Assembly: GCA_021432655.1 (NCBI GenBank)
Contig: MU271393.1
Location: 55,080 to 75,079, forward strand
Direction of reading: 5' to 3'
Source: Atractiella rhizophila
Lineage: Eukaryota
Length of the DNA stretch: 20,000 nt
The notes under the pieces are model-generated. The model had not been told where the DNA came from, did no database searches, and saw only the letters and a program-made list of their open reading frames with translations. The translations under genes and the position numbers were made by a program. Positions 1 through 11,887 of the stretch are shown here, piece after piece; positions within the stretch are counted from its first letter, which is position 1, and each line of letters starts with the position of its first letter.

Positions 1-3000
1 AGCGAAAAATCCTTGTAATATTCCAATCCGTCTTCAACAAGTCTGGTTTCTCTTCTGTTTGCAAGACGGCATATCCAGGCGTGGATTCGGAAGGTTGCTG
101 AGAGTGACGGCGAGGGAACAGTGGGTTGGAGATTGAGAAGAGCGAAGGCGTTGAAGATCCTGAACCTGCATCTGACAGGTTTTCATGAGACATAGGACGG
201 AGGGTTTGGGTGTTCGGAGGGGGAGAAGTGATAGAAGGGGAGCTTGTGTGTCCCTTCATAGTTTGCATTGTTGACGAAGCGGACCCTTCCTCTGGAACTG
301 CTGGACTTGGACGTCGGGCAATTGGAACTTTGGCGGTAAGGGTGGAGAAGGTATTCTTCGCGAGATTCTGTCCCAGGGTAAATTGCCTATTCACGCCCTT
401 GGTAAGATCTGAAAATAGGTTGATTCCTCCCTTATCCGCTGTCCTTTCCTTTTCAAAGAACTTTAGCACTGGCGCGCTATAAGCGTATCGCGGTTCAGAG
501 AGGAGGTTGGTGAGATATGATTCGAGCAGTCTCGTGAGATCGGCTGAACTCCGCATTGTCGTGCCAGGGAGGAAAGCGCGAGGAAAATCTGGAGTCGTCC
601 CTGCAAGCGGGACGGCTTTTTGCAACTGCGAATCGAGGCGTTCAAATTCTGCAAAAGCTCGCTGAACTATATAACCTGGCACATCTCCAATCTCGACAGC
701 GATCATAAAGGACAAGTCTTTCTTCAGCTTTACGACGTCTCCATGATAAGCAGATGGAGGAGAGATATCAGTCACGGAGACAGCGATGTTTGGGGAGGTA
801 ATGACAGGTCGTTCGAATTCCGTCCGTTGCGGCGCTGGGGCTGAAGGCGTAGATTCCACCATGTCCCATGGGTCATGGTATTGAGCTAACGAAGGAGTCT
901 GCTCGCGTTCCAGTACATTGTCCTCGAGGCTCGTATCCCCAATATCCCCGCCTTCCATGGGGATCTCCATCGACTGTGGCTCTATCACTTTCTCCTCCTC
1001 CAAGGATGGCATCCGTCCATTCGCCTTCGAGTGGCCATTTAAAGATTGCCGCGGTGACATGACCTCCTGGCTTGTCCTCGGCGTGACTGGGGATTTTGGT
1101 GGGAGAAAGTGAGCAAACTGGCTCGGTACTGCATTCTTGTTGAGGGGGCAGCGCCGGTCATCATCTAATAGATGACGGTATCGTTGTTCGCAGAAACGAA
1201 ACATCCAATTTTGAAGGGGGACGAAAACATCCTCGGACGGGTTGAGTACGATCCTGGCCATGGTCTGCATCATAGTATCCTCGTCTGCCACGATTCCATC
1301 CTTCTCCAACAGCTCCACCACTTGCTTAAGTGTCCCAATCGCATCCTCCCTCAACATCCCACTCCCAAATGCAGCGGCGGCTTGTACCGAACGGAAGGTA
1401 CCAAGATGAATGGGGAGATTGAAGATCTTGCTTTTGGTGCCTCCCTCCTCCTGAACAAGTTCCTTTTCACCATTTCAGTGTAAGAACACTCTCTTCCTCA
1501 GCCAAGAAAAGCAACGACAAACCTGCAATGCCTCTGCTAGAAAATCATCCCGATTGTTGTAGACACACCAGAGCTTAAGTTCCGTATAGCTCTGAGGGGT
1601 GTAAAGAGCTGGCACGGACTGTGTAGGCAGCATGATGTGATCAGGCAAGCTTTCTACAATTCGATCCCGCGAAGCTTTGTCGCCGTTAATGAATTGGTGG
1701 AGGACATCATGTAAGGAGGTGGGGGCAGGAAGCGGTTTGGAAGTTGTTGATGGGGCGTCAGTCTTTGAAGGCGGGGCAGGAGGTGAGAGGACTACATCCG
1801 CCGGGGGATTTGGTGAGGCTTGTGGTGTTGATTGGGGCGGCGTGAAATGAGATTTAAGTTGAGGTGAGGGCTGGGGTGATGAAGAATGGAGTGATGAAGT
1901 AACTGGAGGACCTGCAGCTGAAGAAGACGATGGTGCCTCTTCGAACGGGTCGACATAATTGTTAGGAAGCCTTCGTTTTTGTAATCTCTCTCCGTCCTCC
2001 TCCCCATTCTTCTCTCTCATAGCTCCTACCACTCCCTCCACAGCCCCTTCCAACGCCTTCTCCACCGCTCCAAGGTTCTCCAAAGCACCTTCGGCCTCCT
2101 CCTCCTCCTTCTTCTCCCCAAGACTCTTCACAATAGTCAGATTAAGATAGTCTGGACTGAAGGATTCCGCCGTCTTTGAGACCTGCAGGGTCAAGATTTC
2201 GGCTACAAGAGGGAGGAGCAGAGGGTTCGACGCATGTGGATCAGGGAGGGTTTGGGACAGCATCTATGGAGAATTGCACAACGGAGAGGGACATCAGGAC
2301 AAAATAGGCAGAGGAAGTAGAGGAAAGGGATACAGACCTCGGTGCAGATACGGCGTATGCTTTTTATGCGTTCTCGTTCAGTCTTATCCTTCCTCTCCTC
2401 CCCCTTTCCTCCTTCCAACTCTTCCTCCTCCTCCTTCTTGATCTGCAGTTGCCTCACTAGTGTAGAGCTCGTTGAATATATCAGGTAAACGACCATATCT
2501 TTGGCTTCTTTCTTGGAGAGTTGGACGGCAAAGGAGTTTACGAATGCGTTCATGACTGACCGCACCTCTATCCCCATCCGCGACAATGAGTGAGCGTTTG
2601 TGGAAGAGATATGGGCAAAGAGGAGAAGACAAACGGTGCAGAAATTCGTCTGATCCCATGCTTATGGACCCTCGATACCAAAACTCTACAAAATCTCTGA
2701 CAACGAAGGATAGTAGAGAGTCAAGTGGTCTCTGTACCCCGTCCCCAACACAATTCAGCTCGAGCAGAAAGAGAATCAGACGGCGCACCAGCATGGGCTC
2801 CGGCACACTCAAATCGACCAGCTTCCCTTCATCCCCTCTTCTTGCAGCCTCCCCCTCCTCGGACACGTTGGACTGTTGCTGTTGCAGCAAGGAGCTAAAT
2901 GCAATCTTATCGTCCATCTTCTCTAATCGCGCAGAAGACTTCTCAACCTATTTTAAGGCAATGAGCGAGCAGATATGAGCGAAGGTAAGGCAACCGACCT

Positions 3001-3259
3001 CTCCAAAGGCTCCCTCTGCGAAAGCGAGGACAGCAGCGCGCATGTCAGGTAGTGCCATCACACCAGTGAGCAGGGCCCTAATCACAGTAAAGGGAATCAA
3101 CACCTTTCCCGAGCCTATATTAAAGCAGAGAGCAGCAACTAACCCAGCGAGCAGCAACGCCAAAATAAATGTAAATGGCCCGACAGCTAACACCACCAAT
3201 AATAATCCAAAGCTCCCGCCCCAAAAAGCAGGGGACTCTTTGAGAGACTCCCAGTCCAT
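1..3259 (-). CDS. PXA + PX domain sorting nexin-like membrane protein (Mdm1/SNX13-14-19-25-like architecture), multi-exon, 3' end beyond the window
   Basis: ATG at 3259 followed by hydrophobic segments (FWGGSFGLLLVVLAVGPFTFILALLLAGLVAALCF). PXA-like motif PLDSLLSFVVRDFVEFWYRGSIS at ~2730-2665. Hand translation of ~740-455 gives a PX-like domain (LSFMIAVEIGDVPGYIVQRAFAEFERLDSQLQK...LLESYLTNLLSEPRYAYSAPVLKFFEK). GT-AG introns at 2998-2948 and 1522-1463. Family assigned from recalled motifs, not a search. Confidence 0.8.
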
Positions 3260-4460
3260 TCCTCTCGTAATCACACTATGGCCTCGCTATGACTGTTGGG
3301 GAAGGTATTATTATGCTGAAATGAAAGTCGTCGTTTGGGATGCGGGGGTGGAGCTCGGGAAAAGGCGAACAAACCGGGAACTAAGCCAACCACAACTAGC
3401 AAAGAGCAAATGAGCAATGAGGAAAGGGAAGCAGCAAAGTAGACGGGTAAGATGCAGGGATATGTGGGTCTATTGGCGTACTGAGAATTAGAACTGGGCT
3501 GAACAAGATCTCAGCCGAGGTCAAGGGGAATTCGTGATAAGTATTCCCTCTTTCTGCTCTGCTGGGGGTTGGGAGGCTCCTTGCGTGTCACCATCTGGAC
3601 GAGCAAAACATTAGTTTGTGCATTACATATACTAGAAATTATTCGCTCTCCGTCTCCGGGCTGGCGCATGAGTGGACATTAAATCTCTCTTTGTCCCTAC
3701 TTCTCCCTCTCAACGAGGGGTAAGCAGCTACTATGTCTGCTGGAATATGTCTCTATGCTTTCATCCAGTGCTCTGTTGGTAGATCTGAGCCACGGTGCGT
3801 TGTTGAGCACTATGTTGCACTTTTAAGAACATGCAACGGCAGAGAAGCAGTGTCCTTTCTTGACCATCTACTTACACTTCAGATATCATCGCAGCCCGCA
3901 CAGAATCATTGCAAGGTTACACAATATTATAGGCTGTGCGAACAAACAAGTAGATTCAGTATACTGCGTGTGGAAGCACCTTCTCAAATCATCCATATTC
4001 ATGGTGACTTTGTCAAAGTCGTCTCTCGAGGGGGCAGCAACCTAGCAAGGCGTGTGCAGTGCGCGAAACCTGATTAGGCATGCCCATCCTAGACGTTGAG
4101 CACCCCACAATTTAGACAGCGGCCAGCACGGGGGTAGGCTGTGAGGACAACATCAATGCGGTACGGTAAGATGTGTAGGATCGTTAATGATTAATATAAA
4201 GTTCCTGGTTGAGTAGATAAGGTGATGCCACCCTCTTCAGGATCACGAAGTCGTGAACAAAAACCCCCGGCCGGAAACCAAAAAAACATCGTAACGCCAA
4301 AACCCAATGCCAAGCCAAAAAAATTTCCGCAAGCAAGGAACGGCCGGTTCCGGAACCTCAACTGGCCGGAAAAGAACTCCCAAAGGGGAACGGTTTCCCT
4401 TTAACAAGCCGGGGCCAAAACAAACAACCTTGAAGGAAGAAAAAACAAAAAGCCAACCCG

Positions 4461-5440
4461 GAAATCAAAACCCCTTGGGAAGAAATTTCAAAATTAACCC
4501 CGTTAAAACCGTTTCAAAATCCGGGCCCCAAAATTAACAACCCCACCCCCTAACCAACCAACCCCTCCAAAACTCGCGTTCAATAATCGACTTGACTGTT
4601 GGCTACGACTCTAAAGAGCGGGCGGACACCACACACAATGGGACCCTCCGAATATTTCTCCAGCCATAGGAACCGCGTTCTCGCCACTCCAACGCATCCG
4701 AATGCAAGGGGAATATATGGAATCTCTTGTTATGTTATATCGTCGATTACACGCTTCTCAGCTTGACTTCAAGGTGAACTTTCAGATTCTGGATCTGGGC
4801 GGCTTCTGGCATCCGTTGAACCCTGACGATGACACACGCTAGGCGAGATCACCTCAGCCTCTCCTTCCTCGTATAGGCTCCGTTCTCGTCGGTTTTGCGA
4901 GACATTATTGCAGAGCAGGTTCTTACGGCATTGCAAACAGATGCCGAAATCTCAGTTGGTTCATTCACGACAGACTGTTTCCTGCACGCCGCCGTGTTCC
5001 CTCCTTCGGTACGCACACTTGAATGGGAAGTACGTGGGATATCCTCGTTTGAATGGGAAGCCAGTACAAAATGCTCCTTCGGACTCATAGTCTTTTGGGA
5101 TAGTGAATTGCTCTGAAAAGCAACCTCGAAGCCTGTCATGGTATCCGAAATCGAGTCCGAACACCACGACCACAGGTAGTTCCTCAACATTGCGGATGCT
5201 TTGAAAAAGAAACGCATCAAATTTAAAATAAAACTGTCAACACATTCAAGAAAGCGTTTATTTTGCCTTGCCTATTCGCACATACTTCACTCGACTTAAC
5301 AACGGAAAACATCCTCATATCATCTAGTCTGAACTTTATGAACCCAAAATCTTTCTTGTCGCTCTAAGTCACTATACAAGCGATCGGAAGTCATGCCGAA
5401 TTACCAAAGGAGAAGCTGTAGCCATTCCACTTAGATCATG
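4461..5440 (+). pseudogene. Decayed paralogue (A) of the adjacent F-box/LRR-like gene; may extend upstream to ~3730
   Basis: Translated fragments match the intact gene: AFSPLQRIRMQGEYMESLVMLYRRLHASQLDFKVNFQILDLG vs AFSRLQRLQVQGNNIRPLTVFYRRLQGSQSDCKLNLQILDLG, and FTTDCFLHAAVFPPSVRTLEWEVRG vs FTTDFLIQTTTLPASLTTFEWEVNG. Interrupted by several frameshifts and stops. Confidence 0.75.
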
Positions 5441-5784
5441 AAGGGGTAAACTTTGAGCAACAACACTCCGCAGCAGCACTTAAAGAGAGGAAGTGTGCCA
5501 TTGGAGGGGGCACGTTCCTAAGCATGATGGTTTGAGGAAGAGAGTGGCTCTCCCAAGACCGACTATAGTGGGGTCCTTCTGATGTGGACGTGTGTGCTAT
5601 AGTCACGCAGTTAGGAGGGCAGGCGGAGGGTTCAGCAATGAAGTGGGTAAGTGAAGGTATGATGATGTGTCCCAGACGCGGAGCGGTATGAGATATGAGA
5701 GATCATCCAAAGTTTGCTGCGCGTCAAAAATGCTCAGCATACTGTTTCCAACTCGAACTCCATTCTAGCTTCTCATCAGTTCTT

Positions 5785-7122
5785 ATGGCCACAAAAACCG
5801 CTCGTGCTCAAGCTGCACTAGTCACAGCTGTGACGGATTGGTCGCAGGAGGTTATGATGGAGGTGGGCTATGACGGGAGTGTCGAGGATAATGAGCTCCT
5901 TGACTTTATGCAAAAAGCCTGGATTGAACTGAAGATATTGTTGAGGGATCACCTTTCGATATATTTGGACTCCAAGAAGTGCGTTTTATTTACTTCACTA
6001 AGGCACAGGTGCGTTTCGCACATGCACTGACCAATTATCTCACAGAGTGGCAACATTTGTTGTCAAAAATCATCCTTGTTTTCAATCCAACATTATTCCA
6101 AGAATACCGGGTGCACAAAGACTCCAACCTGATGACCTTTCTCAATTGAACACAACACCGAACCAACTCAATATTTTACCATACGAAATCCTGCTGGAGG
6201 TGTTTACTGCATGTCGTTTTGCTGAGGAAGAGCGGTCTATGAAGACAGTGCGAATTCTCTGCTTGTGTCGAAATTTATATCCAATAGTGAGTCCTATTAT
6301 CTCAGTCAATGGTCATTATGGCAACATTGTCAGGTTCGCAAAGTCCTAAACCTATATCCGCCACCAATAACCCAGAGCACAACACTACCACGATATCTTA
6401 TAGCGATGCGAAATAATTATTTTCAGCCGGAGATGGTGCGATTTTTAGAACTGCCGAGCGACGTGTCAACTTGGGCGATATTCCTTTTGCGATATTGCAG
6501 CCACCTCAGCGAACTTCGTTGGAGCATTGAGGACAGGACAACAGTAGACTTCAAAGCCTTTTGGGAGGAACTTGCTAAGTTACCTCTCTTGAAGCGATTT
6601 CACGTCTGGAGCTCGCATACCGATCCTCGTCAATTAATCCTTCATTCCCTCCAAACCTTGCGTTCAATCGTTGATCTAACAGTTGGGTTCAAGACTACAG
6701 ATCGAAGGAGGTTCGGTGGAAACTGGCAGAACGGCCCTGCAGAGTTTTCTCCCGCAGTAAGAGCTGCTTTCTCACGGCTTCAGCGTCTCCAGGTACAAGG
6801 AAACAATATAAGGCCTCTCACTGTGTTCTATCGTCGATTGCAGGGCTCTCAATCTGACTGCAAACTGAACTTGCAGATTTTAGATCTGGGTTTCGACGGT
6901 CGTATGGAACCTGGAGACGGAGACACGGTCTCCGACATCATCCTGGCTGCCTCTTCTTCCTTGAGGAAAGAATTCAAACCGCTTTGGGATGAATTTTCTA
7001 CTTTATCGCGTTTAAAGCGTTTTCATATTCGGGGCTCTAGATTTACTATCCTAGCCGCTTACTCGTCTACCCTCTCCAAAACTCGCGTTCAATATCGACT
7101 TGACTGTTGGCTACGACTCTAA
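5785..7122 (+). CDS. F-box/LRR-like protein, copy 1: 3'-truncated and fused in frame to a paralogue-A fragment (chimeric ORF)
   Basis: ATG 5785; introns 5979-6045 and 6287-6333 (GT-AG, frame-consistent). F-box-like motif LNILPYEILLEVFTAC...RILCLCRNLYPI. Protein matches copy 2 (one V/I change) up to ...SSSLRK, then continues EFKPLWDEFSTLSRLKRFHIRGS to a stop at 7122. Confidence 0.6.
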
Positions 7123-7947
7123 AGAGCGGGCGGACACCACACACAATGGGACCCTCCGAATATTTCTCCAGCCATAGGAACCGCGTTCTCGCCACTGCAA
7201 CGCATCCGAATGCAAGGGGAATATGTGGAATCTCTTGTTATGTTATATCGTCGATTACACGGTTCTCACTTGACTTCAAGGTGAACTTTCAGATTCTGGA
7301 TCTGGGCGGCTTCTGGCATCCGTTGAACCCTGACGATGACACACGCTAGGCGAGATCATCTCAGCCTCTCCTTCCTCGTATAGGCTCCGTTCTCGTCGGT
7401 TTTGCGAGACATTATTGCAGAGCAGGTTCTTACGGCATTGCAAACAGATGCCGAAATCTCAGTTGGTTCATTCACGACAGACTGTTTCCTGCACGCCGCC
7501 GTGTTCCCTCCTTCGGTACGCACACTTGAATGGGAAGTACGTGGGATATCCTCGTTTGAATGGGAAGCCAGTACAAAATGCTCCTTCGGACTCATAGTCT
7601 TTTGGGATAGTGAATTGCTCTGAAAAGCAACCTCGAAGCCTGTCATGGTATCCGAAATCGAGTCCGAACACCACGACCACAGGTAGTTCCTCAACATTGC
7701 GGATGCTTTGAAAAAGAAACGCATCAAATTTAAAATAAAACTGTCAACACATTCAAGGAAGCGTTTATTTTGCCTTGCCTATTTGCACATACTTCACTCG
7801 ACTTAACAACGGAAAACATCCTCATATCATCTAGTCTGAACTTTATGAACCCAAAATCTTTCTTGTCGCTCTAAGTCACTATACAAGCGATCGGAAGTCA
7901 TGCCGAATTACCAAAGGAGAAGCTGTGGCTATTCTACTTAGATCATG
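6970..7947 (+). pseudogene. Second, 5'-truncated copy of decayed paralogue A
   Basis: Duplicate of 4461-5440 with two extra 1-nt frame-breaking deletions (TCAATATCGAC vs TCAATAATCGAC; TCTCACTTGAC vs TCTCAGCTTGAC). Confidence 0.75.
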
Positions 7948-8291
7948 AAGGGGAAAACTTCGAGCAACAACACTCCGCAGCAGCACTTAAAGAGAGGAAG
8001 TGTGCCATTGGAGGGGGCACGTTCCTAAGCATGATGGTTTGAGGAAGAGAGTGGCTCTCCCAAGACCGACTATAGTGGGGTCCTTCTGATGTGGACGTGT
8101 GTGCTATAGTCACGCAGTTAGGAGGGCAGGCGGAGGGTTCAGCAATGAAGTGGGTAAGTGAAGGTATGATGATGTGTCCCAGACGCGGAGCGGTATGAGA
8201 TATGAGAGATCATCCAAAGTTTGCTGCGCGTCAAAAATGCTCAGCATACTGTTTCCAACTCGAACTCCATTCTAGCTTCTCATCAGTTCTT

Positions 8292-9929
8292 ATGGCCACA
8301 AAAACCGCTCGTGCTCAAGCTGCACTAGTCACAGCTGTGACGGATTGGTCGCAGGAGGTTATGATGGAGGTGGGCTATGACGGGAGTGTCGAGGATAATG
8401 AGCTCCTTGACTTTATGCAAAAAGCCTGGATTGAACTGAAGATATTGTTGAGGGATCACCTTTCGATATATTTGGACTCCAAGAAGTGCGTTTTATTTAC
8501 TTCACTAAGGCACAGGTGCGTTTCGCACATGCACTGACCAATTATCTCACAGAGTGGCAACATTTGTTGTCAAAAATCATCCTTGTTTTCAATCCAACAT
8601 TATTCCAAGAATACCGGGTGCACAAAGACTCCAACCTGATGACCTTTCTCAATTGAACACAACACCGAACCAACTCAATATTTTACCATACGAAATCCTG
8701 CTGGAGGTGTTTACTGCATGTCGTTTTGCTGAGGAAGAGCGGTCTATGAAGACAGTGCGAATTCTCTGCTTGTGTCGAAATTTATATCCAATAGTGAGTC
8801 CTATTATCTCAGTCAATGGTCATTATGGCAACATTGTCAGGTTCGCAAAGTCCTAAACCTATATCCGCCACCAATAACCCAGAGCACAACACTACCACGA
8901 TATCTTATAGCGATGCGAAATAATTATTTTCAGCCGGAGATGGTGCGATTTTTAGAACTGCCGAGCGACGTGTCAACTTGGGCGATATTCCTTTTGCGAT
9001 ATTGCAGCCACCTCAGCGAACTTCGTTGGAGCATTGAGGACAGGACAACAATAGACTTCAAAGCCTTTTGGGAGGAACTTGCTAAGTTACCTCTCTTGAA
9101 GCGATTTCACGTCTGGAGCTCGCATACCGATCCTCGTCAATTAATCCTTCATTCCCTCCAAACCTTGCGTTCAATCGTTGATCTAACAGTTGGGTTCAAG
9201 ACTACAGATCGAAGGAGGTTCGGTGGAAACTGGCAGAACGGCCCTGCAGAGTTTTCTCCCGCAGTAAGAGCTGCTTTCTCACGGCTTCAGCGTCTCCAGG
9301 TACAAGGAAACAATATAAGGCCTCTCACTGTGTTCTATCGTCGATTGCAGGGCTCTCAATCTGACTGCAAACTGAACTTGCAGATTTTAGATCTGGGTTT
9401 CGACGGTCGTATGGAACCTGGAGACGGAGACACGGTCTCCGACATCATCCTGGCTGCCTCTTCTTCCTTGAGGAAACTTCGTCTCTTCGGTCTCACTAAC
9501 CCTCGCCCGCCAGACGGCTTCTACGCAGCTGTCAGGAGGTGTGAACACCTCACTTGGTTCACGACGGACTTTCTCATTCAGACAACCACACTGCCCGCTT
9601 CTCTGACAACATTCGAATGGGAAGTGAACGGTCCAGCTGATGAGGAGCTGCGTAAAGCTTACTTGAGAGAAGGGCTTCGTTTCATTAGTGGTATGATTCT
9701 GAACAGCAACGTCAAAACCTTCCTTTGGACCTTTGCAAGCTCAGACTGGAAAACGGCTACACGCCGCTTTACTCACAATGTAGCTGTTTTGAAAAGCAAA
9801 GGTGTCGAATGTTACTCCCAAAATTCCACCCACTTCAAGTGAGCCTTTCACCGCGCTCATCACATTTCGGGCTTAATTTACGCCCACAGGGGAACACGTC
9901 CTCGTATCGTTCGGCGTCAACTGTTGTGA
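8292..9929 (+). CDS. F-box/LRR-like protein, copy 2 (longest version; 3' end uncertain: 9842, 9929 or 10159)
   Basis: ATG 8292; introns 8486-8552, 8794-8840 and probably 9839-9889. F-box-like motif in exon 2. Long exon 3 has LxxLxL-type repeats (LSELRWS, LKRFHVW, LQRLQVQ, LQILDLG, LRKLRLF). Confidence 0.72.
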
Positions 9930-10170
9930 AAGAAATATTCGTCGCTCTCAACGCAATTAGCAACATGGCAGAAATGGGCAAGGGGGGTCGTGAAGAATTG
10001 GATTGCCCAATAAATTTGTGTTCATCTCGTAGCGAAGTTGATGACTATGTCGCGCGTAGTCTTCCCCGGATTGTGAAAGATGTCAAGTTACACATGGAAA
10101 AGCTAGCTTCTAACACCAATAAGAGTATTCACTCCCACATTAAACACGGGAAGTGGTAACATGCGACAAT

Positions 10171-11887
10171 TCACCACATGAACCTCATCCAGCCCCTCTC
10201 CTCCTCCTTCTCACTCTGCCACCTAAATCTGACCGTCAAAAATACCACAATGGTAAAGAGATTAACGGCCGCATAAATGGTCGCCTCAATCCTCGTCCTA
10301 GCCCTCCAACCTTCTTTCCTCCGAACCCCGATCCTCCACAACATATAAGGTATGAGAAAGTATCTCATCTCCAACAAAGGTGTGGGGATGAGGGAGGCGA
10401 TCAAAGCCCCGAGGTAGACTAGTTTGAGGAGTGGAGGGAGCGAGGAGGAGTGGGAAAGGAGGAGGGAGGCGAGGAGGTAGAATGGGGTGAGGACGTGGCG
10501 GACCAGGGGTTTGGAGAGGAGGCGACGATAAAGGTAGAAGGTGTAGTGTCTGTTGTCGGATAGTAGGAAGGGGTGGATGTGCCTGTTCAATCCACAATGC
10601 ATGAGTGAGGTGCTCAGCAGGTAAGGAAGAAGGAGCAAACGTGAAGTGTTGGATGGTCCAAGACATTAGCCGGACGATGAGGAGAGTCGTTATCCTCCTC
10701 CTGTCGCCAGTCCAAGGATTGTAAGCTTGCAAATCTTAGAGAGTAAGTATGACGGCTACCTGGGGCTCCCAAACAACGTCCATCCTATCTCTCGCATAGT
10801 TCCCAGTCCATCGAACCAGAGCGGTATCGAAAATGCCGCTGCGAAGGCAAAGAAGTAGTACAATTGGGGGATATGTAATACTGGGATGTGGTTCGTGGCA
10901 TCACCTGTCTCCGGAAATATGATGCTTCAGCGACGAAAGAAGAGAGTTGATAAAGAATCAAGGCACCAATGACAATGTGTCCCCCGTTCCAAACGATGAA
11001 AGCTGCGAAGGCTCCTCCTATAGGTAGGAAGGCGAGGATTGGTGGCAGGATTAGCGGCAGGATGACCTGACGAAGCTTTTTGTCTGTAGGTAGGCGGAAG
11101 GCGAGGCGAAAGAGATGAATGATAGCTACAGCCGTGTCCTCTGTGATGGTAGGACTAATCAGCATCCCCCTGCATCATAAAGGTATGGAGTTTTGAAGAA
11201 TTGAAGATGAAGGACGAACGTGAGTAAATGTTGGTCACTTCGGGGGACATCCTATTATCTCCCTGTCCTAGACGATCCAGAATAGTCCACACGCCTATGA
11301 ATGCGACCCAAATGACGTTCGTCTGCCTAACACCGATGCTGCAGCAGCCTAATACGGTGACGAGAATCCATCTCTGCTTCCTAGCTGCGACGAGAGTTGC
11401 AAGTACGGAGACGAGAGCGAGGAGGTCGGTGTAGAAGAGGAAGGCGAAGAAGTAAGCGATAGGAAAGGTAGAGATGGTTAGAGCCTCTTCATACCCCATC
11501 TTCCTCGGTGCTGCTGCTCTAATGAGCGATGGCAGAGCGAGGAGCAGCAGCAGATTGAAGGTCCGCAAGACAGAAGGAGTGCATTCTATTTCGATGCCGA
11601 CGGAGCGGATGCAGCGAAGGAAGAGCGCTGGGAGGACGTAGAGCCCTGCAGGCGTAGTGAGCTTTGGGTCATACTCTGCGCTGAAACCCTGGGGTGATGT
11701 CGCATAACGGCAAGCTTGCGGAACGTGGAAGGGCTCGTCCTTCGCTCGCGGTTTATTAGTATGCGCTACGTTAGAACGAAAGCACGAGCCACACCATGTA
11801 AGCCTCTGGCACCTCCCGGTTGATGAGGATGGCGAGGGAGACAGCCACTGCCACGTGCGTCGCAAAGAGCAGCTTGGCTGAAGCCAT
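10171..11887 (-). CDS. ALG10: Dol-P-Glc:Glc2Man9GlcNAc2-PP-Dol alpha-1,2-glucosyltransferase (DIE2/ALG10 family, GT59), multi-exon
   Basis: MASAKLLF...NREVPEAYM|DEPFHVPQACRY across intron 11794-11740; YDPKLTTPAGLY; FLFYTD; VRQTNVIWVAF; HPFLLSDNRHYTFYLYRR; PTPLLEMRYFLIPY; C-terminal MRFMW. These are hallmark ALG10 motifs. Confidence 0.95.

Larger units (their letters stand above)
4461..9476 (+). repeat. Direct tandem duplication, period 2,507 bp (unit 1 ~4461-6969, unit 2 6970-9476)
   Basis: Identical ORFs recur at a fixed offset of 2507 (4849/7356, 5695/8202, 6047/8554, 6265/8772). About 14 differences found by eye over ~2.4 kb. Junction TTGAGGAAA|GAATTCAAACC at 6969/6970. Confidence 0.97.

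Noticed and set aside
210..3413. Numerous + strand ORFs opposite the sorting nexin gene (and similar shadow ORFs opposite other genes)
   Set aside because: Antisense or alternative-frame shadows of real coding exons with no recognisable motifs.
4222..4537. Lys/Pro/Asn-rich ORFs (4222-4404, 4307-4537)
   Set aside because: They lie in the homopolymer-smeared, probably artefactual stretch; the composition follows from the A/C runs.
5561..5604. 8-bp inverted repeat GACTATAG/CTATAGTC upstream of the F-box gene
   Set aside because: Isolated and short, with no target-site duplication or other support for a MITE; compatible with chance.
4461..9476. LTR retrotransposon or other mobile element as the cause of the direct repeat
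   Set aside because: The units abut directly, contain host-type intron-bearing genes, and show no TG..CA ends, target-site duplication, or RT/transposase motifs.
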